From: Desulfobacterales bacterium
GTDB lineage: Bacteria; Desulfobacterota; Desulfobacteria; Desulfobacterales; Desulfococcaceae
Length of the DNA: 64,000 nucleotides
Assembly: GCA_041390465.1 (NCBI GenBank)
Contig: JAWKPW010000001.1
Location: 26,225 to 90,224 of the forward strand
Reading direction: 5' to 3'
Under the pieces are notes generated by a model, which had not been told where the DNA came from, ran no database searches, and was given only the letters and a program-made list of their open reading frames with translations. Positions 1-8,145 of the stretch are shown piece by piece (position 1 is the stretch's first letter; the number at the start of each line of letters is the position of its first letter). The position numbers and the translations under genes were made by a program.

Positions 1-652
1 CGAACAGTTCAGATTCCCACAGCTCTTTGGGGGTTGCCACACAGTTAAGTTTGACAAAGGGCTTGCCCGCTCTTTTGCTTTGTTTGTAAATGCTTGCGGA
101 AACCAGTTCTTTTCCGGTTCCGCTTTCTCCGGTGATGAGAACAGTGGAATCGGTTGGAGCAACTTTTGTGATTTGCCCCAGAACAGAGCGCATGGCCTCG
201 CTTTGCGCAATAATTTCAGGGAACAGCTTACGCGCATCCACCAGAGAGAGTACGGTTTTCACCTGTTTGAAGACATCCTTCCATACCTCTGCAGGCTCTT
301 TGGATTTGTCTTTGATATCCTGAGACCGGGGAAGCACCTGCTGTGCGCTTTTCATGAAATCCTGCAGAGGATCGATGATAACCCGGAAGACGAGCAGACC
401 GCAAAGAAAACCCACAAGACTGATGAGAAAAACAGGCCATATAAGAAATGAGCCCGGTTCCAACTGGTTTCTCAGAGAGTACTGGGTCAGCCGGTAGGTC
501 AGCACAGAGGAAAGTGCCGCATATCCGGCAAATATTCCCGGTATAATAATGTAATAACTGATATGGTAACGGGTATTTTTCATTCTCAGAAATTTTTTCA
601 GCAGGCTGAAATGATTCTTCAGGAGATTTGAAACAGTGCTTTCTTTTTGCAT
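1..652 (-). CDS. Sigma-54-dependent transcriptional activator (enhancer-binding protein), N-terminal part; ORF runs off the left edge of the window
   Basis: Manual minus-strand translation from ATG at 652: two N-terminal hydrophobic helices, then the AAA+ sigma-54 interaction domain with Walker A 'ITGESGTGKELVSASIYKQSKRAGKPFVKLNCVATPKELWESELF' (canonical GESGTGKE...ESELFG motif of EBPs). No stop before position 1. Not in the ORF track because it is open-ended. Confidence 0.7.
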   Translation of the reverse strand, partial: MQKESTVSNLLKNHFSLLKKFLRMKNTRYHISYYIIIPGIFAGYAALSSVLTYRLTQYSLRNQLEPGSFLIWPVFLISLVGFLCGLLVFRVIIDPLQDFMKSAQQVLPRSQDIKDKSKEPAEVWKDVFKQVKTVLSLVDARKLFPEIIAQSEAMRSVLGQITKVAPTDSTVLITGESGTGKELVSASIYKQSKRAGKPFVKLNCVATPKELWESELF

Positions 653-667
653 AGCAGACTCTCATTC

Positions 668-1891
668 TCAGCGAACAATTTTTGTCATATCCCACATGGG
701 CAGAAAAACGGCCAGGGCAAAAAATCCGACCACAAAAGCGATGCTGATGGTCAGCAGCGGGGTAATGGATTCCGTGACGCCTTTCATGGCGTATTCCACT
801 TCCGAATCATAATGTTTGGATATTTCTGACAGCATTTCATCCAGTTTCTCGGTTTTCTCACCGATGGCCACCATATTGATCACCATGGGGGGAAAATATC
901 TGGCTGAGCGAAGGGTTGAGGCAATGCTGCTCCCCTGTCGCAGGGCTGTCCTGATCCCCTCAAATTCCCTTGATATTGCCGTATTGCCAATGGTTCCCGA
1001 CAGAATGCCCATGGATTCCATAACCGAGACACCGCTGTACTGCAGAATGGAAAAAATGCTGGCAAAGCGGGACATGGAACTTTTGACAAACAGGGTGCCG
1101 AAAATTGGAATTTTGATAAACAGCAAATCCCTGACATATTTTCCCTGCCCGGTTTTCAGATACAGATACAGCACAGAACCGGCGAGGAGGAAACTGAAAA
1201 GAAAAATGGGCCACCAGTTTATGAAAATATTGTACAGCCACAGGCAGATGCGTGTGGGAAGGGGAAGAACCAGCCCATGGGTTTGAAATATCGTCACAAA
1301 TTTGGGGATGACAAATATCAGCAGCACAAAAAAGGCAACACAGAGAAAACCCGTCACATAGGCCGGATACCAGAGGGCAGCCTTGATGTCTGATTTTATT
1401 TTTTCTTCGTGCTCCATGATATAACCCAGACGATCCAGAACATTGGAAAGCGCACCGCTGCGTTCTCCTGCATGGAGGACACTGCAGTACAAAGGGGAAA
1501 ATATCCGGGGATGTTTTTTGAATGCCTCTGAAAGGCTGTATCCCTCCCGCATACTTGCGGATATGGAGGCAATGGCTGTTTTCAGCGTGAGATTCTCTGT
1601 CTGTTTTTCCAGAATCTGCAGCAGTTCCAGCATGGGCACACCTGTCCGGAACATGGTTCGGAACTGTTTGGTGAAAATAATCAGATCACGGGTTCTCACC
1701 GGGTGCAGAATTTTCCGGATATTTCGGACAGCAAAAAAGTCAGAGTGAAACCCCATGCTTTTGCTGATACCCGCAGGGATATGTCCCATCTTCAGCACCA
1801 AGTCATTGGCCGCTTCCGGAGAATCCGCCTCCACTGTGCCGAATATGTTTTTTCCCTGTTCATTGATGGCTCTGTAAATGTATTTTGCCAT
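668..1891 (-). CDS. Type II secretion / type IV pilus inner-membrane platform protein (GspF/PilC family; MshG-like by position)
   Basis: 407 aa, three predicted TM segments and two GspF-type cytoplasmic domains. Position directly after the GspE-family ATPase matches the MSHA operon order. Confidence 0.88.
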   Translation of the reverse strand: MAKYIYRAINEQGKNIFGTVEADSPEAANDLVLKMGHIPAGISKSMGFHSDFFAVRNIRKILHPVRTRDLIIFTKQFRTMFRTGVPMLELLQILEKQTENLTLKTAIASISASMREGYSLSEAFKKHPRIFSPLYCSVLHAGERSGALSNVLDRLGYIMEHEEKIKSDIKAALWYPAYVTGFLCVAFFVLLIFVIPKFVTIFQTHGLVLPLPTRICLWLYNIFINWWPIFLFSFLLAGSVLYLYLKTGQGKYVRDLLFIKIPIFGTLFVKSSMSRFASIFSILQYSGVSVMESMGILSGTIGNTAISREFEGIRTALRQGSSIASTLRSARYFPPMVINMVAIGEKTEKLDEMLSEISKHYDSEVEYAMKGVTESITPLLTISIAFVVGFFALAVFLPMWDMTKIVR

Positions 1892-1898
1892 CGTTTTC

Positions 1899-3601
1899 CT
1901 ACACCATCACCACGGAAGCCGCTTCCTCAAAGGAGGTGATTCCCATGCGCACTTTCTCCGCTGCATTTTCTTTCAGTATTCTCAGATTCCCCATTCGCTG
2001 AACTGCCAGACTGATATTGGTGGCAGACTGGGCGTTGAGTATCATTTCCCGGACCATCTCATCGACAGCCAGCACCTCGAAAACTCCGGTTCGATCCTTG
2101 TATCCGGTATTCATGCAGTTATGACATCCCTTTGCCTGAAAAAAACTGCTGCTTCCCATTTCTCTTATTCCCCAGTAGTTCAAAATGCTTTCCGGAGGAA
2201 CAAAGGGCTGTTTGCAGTTGCTGCACAGTTTGCGCACCAGACGCTGTGCGATCAGAAGAAGCAGCACAGAGGAAACCAGAAAGGGAGCGATCTTCATGTC
2301 AATAAAACGGGTGATGGCTCCCGCTGCATTGTTGGTATGGAGTGTGCTTAACACCCTGTGGCCGGTCAGCGAGGCCTGAATCGCGATTTCGGCTGTTTCC
2401 ATGTCCCGTATTTCCCCCACCAGAATCACATCCGGATCCTGTCTCAGAATGGAGCGGATGCCGCTGGCAAATGTCATGCCAGCCTTGTGGTTCAACTGGG
2501 TCTGGCGTATGCCTTCAATACGGTATTCCACCGGATCTTCCAAAGTGATGATATTGATATCCGGCTGGTTGATTTCCTTGAGCAGAGAATACAGGGTGGT
2601 GGTCTTGCCGCTTCCGGTCGGTCCCGTGCTCAGTATCATGCCATAGGGTTTTCCCATCACAGATTCGACTTTTTCCCTGTCCTCGCTGTTCATTCCCAGT
2701 TGTTCAAGAGAAAAAATTCCCGCGCTGGTGTCCAGCAGACGCAGCACCATGTTTTCTCCGTGTATGGTTGGCAGTGTGGAGGCGCGGATATTGATCTCCC
2801 GGTGATTTTTTTTGATGGTGAATCTGCCGTCCTGGGGCAGTCTCATGGTGGCAATGTCCATATTGGCCAAAATTTTGATGCGGAGATAATGGGCAGAAAC
2901 ATATGCCTGGGAGGAGGCGGCACGTCATGAAGTTTTCCATCCACCCGAAAACGCACCTGCACCCGTTTTTTTTCCGGGCTGATATGAATGTCGCTGGCTC
3001 TCTGGCTCGTGGCAGTATCCAGCAAAGTTTCCACGAGCTTGACGACCGGAGCATCTTCTGCCATGCCTTTGAGTTCCCGGCCGCTGATTTCCAGATCCTC
3101 AGACAGCTCATCTCCGCTGTCAAAGGGCAGTTCCCCGTCCGGCTGAATATTGCGTACCAGTTCGGAGATGCCGAAATTTGCCCCAAAGAGATTCTGCACC
3201 AGTTCATTGAATTCCTGCTCTGTGCAGATGACCGGTTTCACCTCCCTTTCCACAAGGGATTCAATGGTATCCAGCGCATCCATATCCAGAGGATCGGTCA
3301 TGGCAACCGTCAGCAGTCTCCCTCCGTTTTTTATGGGGACAGCCTGATATTTCTGAACAGTTTCCGGAGCCATGATTTCATTCAGTTTCGGATCCGGCAG
3401 ATAATTGCGGGGATGGTAGCGATCCAGATGCAACTGACTGCACAGGACATTGACCATCTGGGACTCGTCAATCATGTTTTCCCTTACAATGTATTGACCA
3501 AATCTCATATTGAGCTGTTTATGCCCAATCAGGGCTTCACGCACCTGGTCTTCTGTCAGCATTCCGGCTTCCAGCAGGATTTCTCCCATTTTTTTTCTCA
3601 A
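1899..3601 (-). CDS. GspE/PilB-family secretion ATPase (MshE-like) with an apparent single-base frameshift near 2880-2915
   Basis: Two overlapping ORFs (2843..3601, N-terminal T2SSE_N domain; 1899..2870, Walker A 'GPTGSGKTTTLYSLL' core). The downstream ORF's frame read upstream gives 'AYVSAHYLRIKILANMDIATMRLPQDGRF', which is the conserved GspE segment. This shows one gene split by a +/-1 shift. The N-terminus carries two tandem 24-residue MshEN-like motifs (KMGEILLEAGMLTEDQVREALIGH and RFGQYIVRENMIDESQMVNVLCSQ). Confidence 0.85.
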
Positions 3602-3662
3602 ATCCCTTCTCCTTCCTCATACTCCCCTGCAGTTTTTCCGGTTCAGATTCGATACCATCCAG

Positions 3663-5210
3663 TCAGTTGCCCTGTCCTGAAAAACTGGCACAAAAGACCG
3701 TATCCGGAGCCCATGAATCCGGAGTTCTGATTTTCGCTCCGAATTCCGGAGGCAGAGTGCTCATCCTCCGGATGGCTGAGGATTCATCAGAAAAATATTC
3801 ATCCAAAATGACAAGAAATTTCAGTTTCTCCTGTGAATTCCAGCAGGAAATCAGACGCAGAACCTCCCCCCGGGCCTGTGCATGGGTGCGCATCCTCTCC
3901 ATTGCCGACTCAAGATCAGGACAGGACTGTATTTCAATAAAATAACTGCGAACGGAACCGGGCTGTTCCCCGGAAATAATGACAGGAAAAACAATGTCCT
4001 GTCCCGCAGGAATACGGTGGAGATTTCCGATATGCGGGTTTTGGGCCAGGACGGTTTCCAGAATCCGGGGAGAAGTCCTGCCGTATACCATTCGGATCAG
4101 TTCCCCCAGGGTTTCCCCGGGTTTGAGGGAAAGCTGCCCCAGTCTGTCCGGGAAATCCTTTGTCCCTTTCTGTGTTTTCAAAGAGTTTGCAGGAGCCTGC
4201 TGCCATGCTGTTTTTTCCCTGTGCTGTGCATAAAATCCTCCTGCCCGGAAGATTTCCCGGATTTGCATTGCAAAACGGCCGTCAGCGATTCCGACAAGCA
4301 GCAGGCATGCAAAGATTCCTGAAAAAAAAAGCAGCATGTTTCCTGCCGGCCGGGCCACAGTTTCTTTCCGATCCGTTCCATACAGTCCCCTGAGGGCGCA
4401 TATCCGAATCAGAGACCATCGGATTCTGGAACGGTTCTGTATAATCATCATCAGCAGGCACTGATGACACAGGTTCACGATTTTTCTTGGATATCCCTTT
4501 GTCTCCCGGTATATTTTCCACAAAGCCGGACCGGTGAACAAATCTGCTGCTCCGGCTCCTGCACCGGACTGTTTCAGACGAAAGCGGATCATTTCTTTCA
4601 TCTCTGTGAAATTCAGAGGGGGGAGAACCTCATGCAGGCTGATCCGATCCGCAAAATTGGCATGGAGGGCAAGGCTTTCCCTGAATTCCCGCTGGGCAAA
4701 AATGACAATCTGCAGCAGTTTGTGCTCATTGGTTTCATAGTTGAGAAATTCTCTGAGGATTTCCATAAAGAATCCCGGAATTTTCTGGCCTTCATCAATA
4801 ATCAGGACAACGGTTTTGTTTTCTTCAACCCCCCTGCGGAAGAGAATCTGCTTGATGTTTTCTCTTGCATCACGCTCCGGAATATCAGGCTGGAAATGAT
4901 TTTTTTCTGTTTTGCCAAACAGTTGTGCCACTGCTGCCAGAGATTCCGAAGACGTTTTGAAAAAAGGGTCGAGGATGAGATGGATTTCCATATTCTTATC
5001 CTCTGCCAGTCTTCGGATAAGCTGCCGGCACAGGGTTGTTTTTCCTGTGCCCACATCTCCGATGACCACGCTGAGTCCTCTCCGCAGACGCAGAGAAAGC
5101 TCCAGTCTCTGCAGACAGCCCGCATGCTGGCGGGACTGAAAAAAAAGATCCGGATCCGGTGAATTGGAAAATGGTTCCTTTTTCAGATGCAGCAGATTGA
5201 AATATTCCAT
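3663..5210 (-). CDS. ExeA/GspA/MshM-like AAA ATPase with C-terminal periplasmic domain
   Basis: N-terminus 'MEYFNLLHLKKEPFSNSPDPDLFF' matches the canonical ExeA start. Walker A 'GDVGTGKTTLC', a central TM helix, and a C-terminal domain typical of ExeA peptidoglycan-binding partners. The ORF extends to 5273, but the internal Met at 5210 fits the family N-terminus. Confidence 0.8.
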   Translation of the reverse strand: MEYFNLLHLKKEPFSNSPDPDLFFQSRQHAGCLQRLELSLRLRRGLSVVIGDVGTGKTTLCRQLIRRLAEDKNMEIHLILDPFFKTSSESLAAVAQLFGKTEKNHFQPDIPERDARENIKQILFRRGVEENKTVVLIIDEGQKIPGFFMEILREFLNYETNEHKLLQIVIFAQREFRESLALHANFADRISLHEVLPPLNFTEMKEMIRFRLKQSGAGAGAADLFTGPALWKIYRETKGYPRKIVNLCHQCLLMMIIQNRSRIRWSLIRICALRGLYGTDRKETVARPAGNMLLFFSGIFACLLLVGIADGRFAMQIREIFRAGGFYAQHREKTAWQQAPANSLKTQKGTKDFPDRLGQLSLKPGETLGELIRMVYGRTSPRILETVLAQNPHIGNLHRIPAGQDIVFPVIISGEQPGSVRSYFIEIQSCPDLESAMERMRTHAQARGEVLRLISCWNSQEKLKFLVILDEYFSDESSAIRRMSTLPPEFGAKIRTPDSWAPDTVFCASFSGQGN

Positions 5211-5323
5211 TTTTTTATGTTTGCCGATCAAAGTGCCGGAGTGAAACTGACCTCCGGACTGTTCATCAGTCATTCGTCAATGCACCGGACTGAAGCCTGT
5301 GCCATTTTTTCTCTTTCCGATAT

Positions 5324-7081
5324 TTATTTCACAATGCGGGGCGTGATGAAAATCAGAATTTCTTCCTTGTCAAGGCTGCGGTATTCCTTTTTGAACAGAA
5401 TGCCAAGCAGGGGAATATCCTTGAGAACCGGAACACCGGACTGTCCTTTGTTTTCCGTTTCCTTCCGCAGACCGCCGATAACCATGGTCTGACCATCCCG
5501 CAAAAGCACATCGGTCTGGGCCTTTTTGGTGATGACTGTGGGATTGCCTTCCACCGGATTGCTGAAATCCAGTTCATCCTTTGCTGTGATGATTTTCATT
5601 TTCAGCAGATTGTCTTCAATCACATGGGGTGTGACCTCCAGGCTGAGTGCGGCCTTTTTGAATTCGATGTTCACTTCATCATCCTCCACAGTCTGATACG
5701 GCACCTCCCGGCCGCTTTCAATCAGGGCAGTGTGATTGTCAAGGGTGGAAATGGAAGGACTGGAAAGAATGCGGAGCTTTCCTTCTTTTTCAAGCGCGGA
5801 AAGCTGAAGGCCCAGAAGATATTTTCCCGCATCCTCTGCAAAGGCGCCGATAAGCAGTCCTGAATTTCCGGCCAGAGAGGATGGCAGTTTCTGCATCAGC
5901 AAAGAGCCTGATGTTTCGGCTGTGTCTGTTTCGGAAGATGCGGTGCTGTCTGAGATGCCGGTCTGGTCTCCTGCGGAATCAATCCCCGGAGTAACCCACA
6001 GTTTTTTGCCTCCGCCGATACTTCCGGAATAGTATCCGCCCCATTCAATGCCGAGTTCCCGGGCCGTATCCGCACTGGCTTCGACAATCTGTGCCTCGAT
6101 GCGCACCTGCCGCGTGGGTCTGTCCAGCTTTTTCGCAAGATTGCGCATTTCTCCGATCTCTTTTTCCCGGGCCTGCACGATGAGGGAATTGCTGTATTTG
6201 TCCACCATGACGCTCCCGCGTCTGGCATTTGCGCCTGCTTCAAGGAATTTTTCAAAAATCTCTTTCAGACTGTTGGCATCCGCGTAATCAATCCGGATGA
6301 CTGCGGTTGCAAAGGGCGCAGCCGTTTCTATGCCCCGCTTGTGCGCCTCCCGTTTCTGCTGCAGTTCCAGTTCTCTGACGTCATTGCCGATATCCTCCAC
6401 CGTCATAACACGGACAATATCCCCTTCCCATTCATGCATCAGGCCGTGTGTGCGCAAAAGACCGGTAAACACCTGATCCCAGGGTTTCTTCTGTATATCA
6501 ATGGTGGCTTTTCCCTTCACATTCTCACTGAGCATAATGCTGATGCCCGCAACCCGTGCCAGCCCCCGCAGCAGCAGGCGCAAATCCTCATTCTGAAACC
6601 GGAGCGTCATTTCTTTGGACGGAAGAGATTTTGCGCGGGGCTGCGGCATACCGCTTTCTTCCCGCAGCAGTTTTTTTCCCCGAGTTTTTCCGGCATCTGC
6701 CGAATCAGCCGCATTTCGGGAGGCATCACTGTGCGGAATACCTGCCTCATCCATGCGTGCAGAATCTTTTTTTTCCTCAGATATATTCAAATGCTGATGA
6801 AGCCTTAGATGATCTCCCCTCTGATCAGAGAGCGCAGATGACAGATCTTCAGCCCCTGCGCTGTCCTGCCCGGATGGCTTTGGGCTTTGCGCCACAGAAC
6901 GGTCTTCCGCTTTGGCCGATAAGACAGGATGCACATATTCATCCACCGTTTTCTGCGGTTCTGTGACACATCCGGAAAACAAAATGAAAAACAGCAGACA
7001 GAATGCCGGACAGAAGTTTGTCTTATGCGGAGAAAACAGGAAATCTGCCTTTTTTTTTTCAGTTTTTCCTTGCATTTTCAT
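5324..7081 (-). CDS. Secretin (GspD/PilQ/MshL family), probably a lipoprotein
   Basis: C-terminal secretin domain '...VLLRDGQTMVIGGLRKETENKGQSGVPVLKDIPLLGILFKKEYRSLDKEEILIFITPRIVK'. N-terminal signal with lipobox 'LFFILFSGC'. Start uncertain (Met codons at 7099/7081/7075; AAGG 6 nt before the 7081 ATG). Long Ser/Asp/Ala-rich low-complexity linker in the middle. Confidence 0.85.
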   Translation of the reverse strand: MKMQGKTEKKKADFLFSPHKTNFCPAFCLLFFILFSGCVTEPQKTVDEYVHPVLSAKAEDRSVAQSPKPSGQDSAGAEDLSSALSDQRGDHLRLHQHLNISEEKKDSARMDEAGIPHSDASRNAADSADAGKTRGKKLLREESGMPQPRAKSLPSKEMTLRFQNEDLRLLLRGLARVAGISIMLSENVKGKATIDIQKKPWDQVFTGLLRTHGLMHEWEGDIVRVMTVEDIGNDVRELELQQKREAHKRGIETAAPFATAVIRIDYADANSLKEIFEKFLEAGANARRGSVMVDKYSNSLIVQAREKEIGEMRNLAKKLDRPTRQVRIEAQIVEASADTARELGIEWGGYYSGSIGGGKKLWVTPGIDSAGDQTGISDSTASSETDTAETSGSLLMQKLPSSLAGNSGLLIGAFAEDAGKYLLGLQLSALEKEGKLRILSSPSISTLDNHTALIESGREVPYQTVEDDEVNIEFKKAALSLEVTPHVIEDNLLKMKIITAKDELDFSNPVEGNPTVITKKAQTDVLLRDGQTMVIGGLRKETENKGQSGVPVLKDIPLLGILFKKEYRSLDKEEILIFITPRIVK

Positions 7082-7586
7082 AAGGGCCTTCGGCTTCATT
7101 TGTGTAAATGGGTATGGGAAACAGTCTGTTTTTTTTGTTCCGGACAGTGATTTCCGCCGGGGAAATAAGGCACAGTTCATATCCGCTTTCCGGCAGAGTC
7201 TCTCCCACCTCATAATCCATCCCGTCTATAATGGCGATCATCCGGTCTTCCATCTGCAGGTATCCGGTATAAACCGGCAGTTTTGTTTTCTCAGATTCCT
7301 CCTGGAAGGCAGCCTCCGGTTCCGGTTTTGGCATGGGGTTGGGAATAAAAACATCTTCCCATTTCTTTTCGGTTTTTTCAATAAGATAATTTTCGGAAGA
7401 TGTCAGCGTGCTTTTATCCACCTCCTGACTGATCCGGCTAAGATGCAGCAGCAGATTTTCCTGATCTCCGGATGCTGTGCTCTGCACTGGCAGTTTGGCA
7501 TAATAAAAAATATATTCATATATACCGTAGAGCATGGCAACAGCGGCCAGAATGACGATGATTTTTTCCCGATTGGAAGTTGACAT
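7059..7586 (-). CDS. Pilus biogenesis protein, PilP/MshK-like (single N-terminal TM)
   Basis: 175 aa, N-terminal TM helix, sits between the PilO-like gene and the secretin as in MSHA/T4aP operons. Overlaps the secretin start. Confidence 0.6.
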   Translation of the reverse strand: MSTSNREKIIVILAAVAMLYGIYEYIFYYAKLPVQSTASGDQENLLLHLSRISQEVDKSTLTSSENYLIEKTEKKWEDVFIPNPMPKPEPEAAFQEESEKTKLPVYTGYLQMEDRMIAIIDGMDYEVGETLPESGYELCLISPAEITVRNKKNRLFPIPIYTNEAEGPYENARKN

Positions 7587-7596
7587 TTTTCTCCTT

Positions 7597-8145
7597 TCAT
7601 GTAGTTGGCCGATACAGACACAGGGTCAGGACAATTTTTTGTTCCGAACTTTTCCCGGAAGGGGAAATCTGAATCTGATCGATTCCCTCCAGACATGACA
7701 TCTTGCCAAAATCAATCAGCACATCCCGCAAGTTGCAAAACCTGCCCGTTATGGAACATGTCAGCAGAATTCGGTCAGGCGCAGGGGTTATGCCTGAATC
7801 TTTTCTGTCAAAGGAAAATCCATGCTCTTTGCAGATGTTTTCAATATCATCCCGCAGTTCGGACAGTATGCATTTTTCACTTCCAATGCTGACTGTAAAA
7901 TTGAAATAATTGATTTTATCAAGTTTTTCAATCTCAGCCATGTACATTGCATACTGGTCGTACAGCATGTTCTGGTCGTTGATTTTTTTCTCGAGCACTT
8001 CAATGTCGGATTCCGTCTGTCTGATTTTCCTGAAGTTCGGATAAAGAATCAGCATGGCAAAGCCCATCAGAATGCCTGCGTACAAAAGGTAATACATCAG
8101 CTTTCTGTGTGCCATATCCGACAATGTTCGCGGACTGAGTTTCAT
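7597..8145 (-). CDS. Pilus biogenesis protein, PilO/MshJ-like
   Basis: 182 aa, N-terminal TM plus a coiled-coil segment. Its start overlaps the stop of the upstream PilM/N gene by 4 nt (ATGA-type), consistent with translational coupling. Confidence 0.6.
   Translation of the reverse strand: MKLSPRTLSDMAHRKLMYYLLYAGILMGFAMLILYPNFRKIRQTESDIEVLEKKINDQNMLYDQYAMYMAEIEKLDKINYFNFTVSIGSEKCILSELRDDIENICKEHGFSFDRKDSGITPAPDRILLTCSITGRFCNLRDVLIDFGKMSCLEGIDQIQISPSGKSSEQKIVLTLCLYRPTT

Noticed and set aside
80-695. ORFs 80..451 (+), 90..323 (+) and 228..695 (-) from the track
   Set aside because: They lie in alternative frames of the region occupied by the open-ended sigma-54 EBP gene (minus strand, 1..652). 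They have no recognisable motifs, whereas the EBP frame carries a canonical GESGTGKE Walker A.
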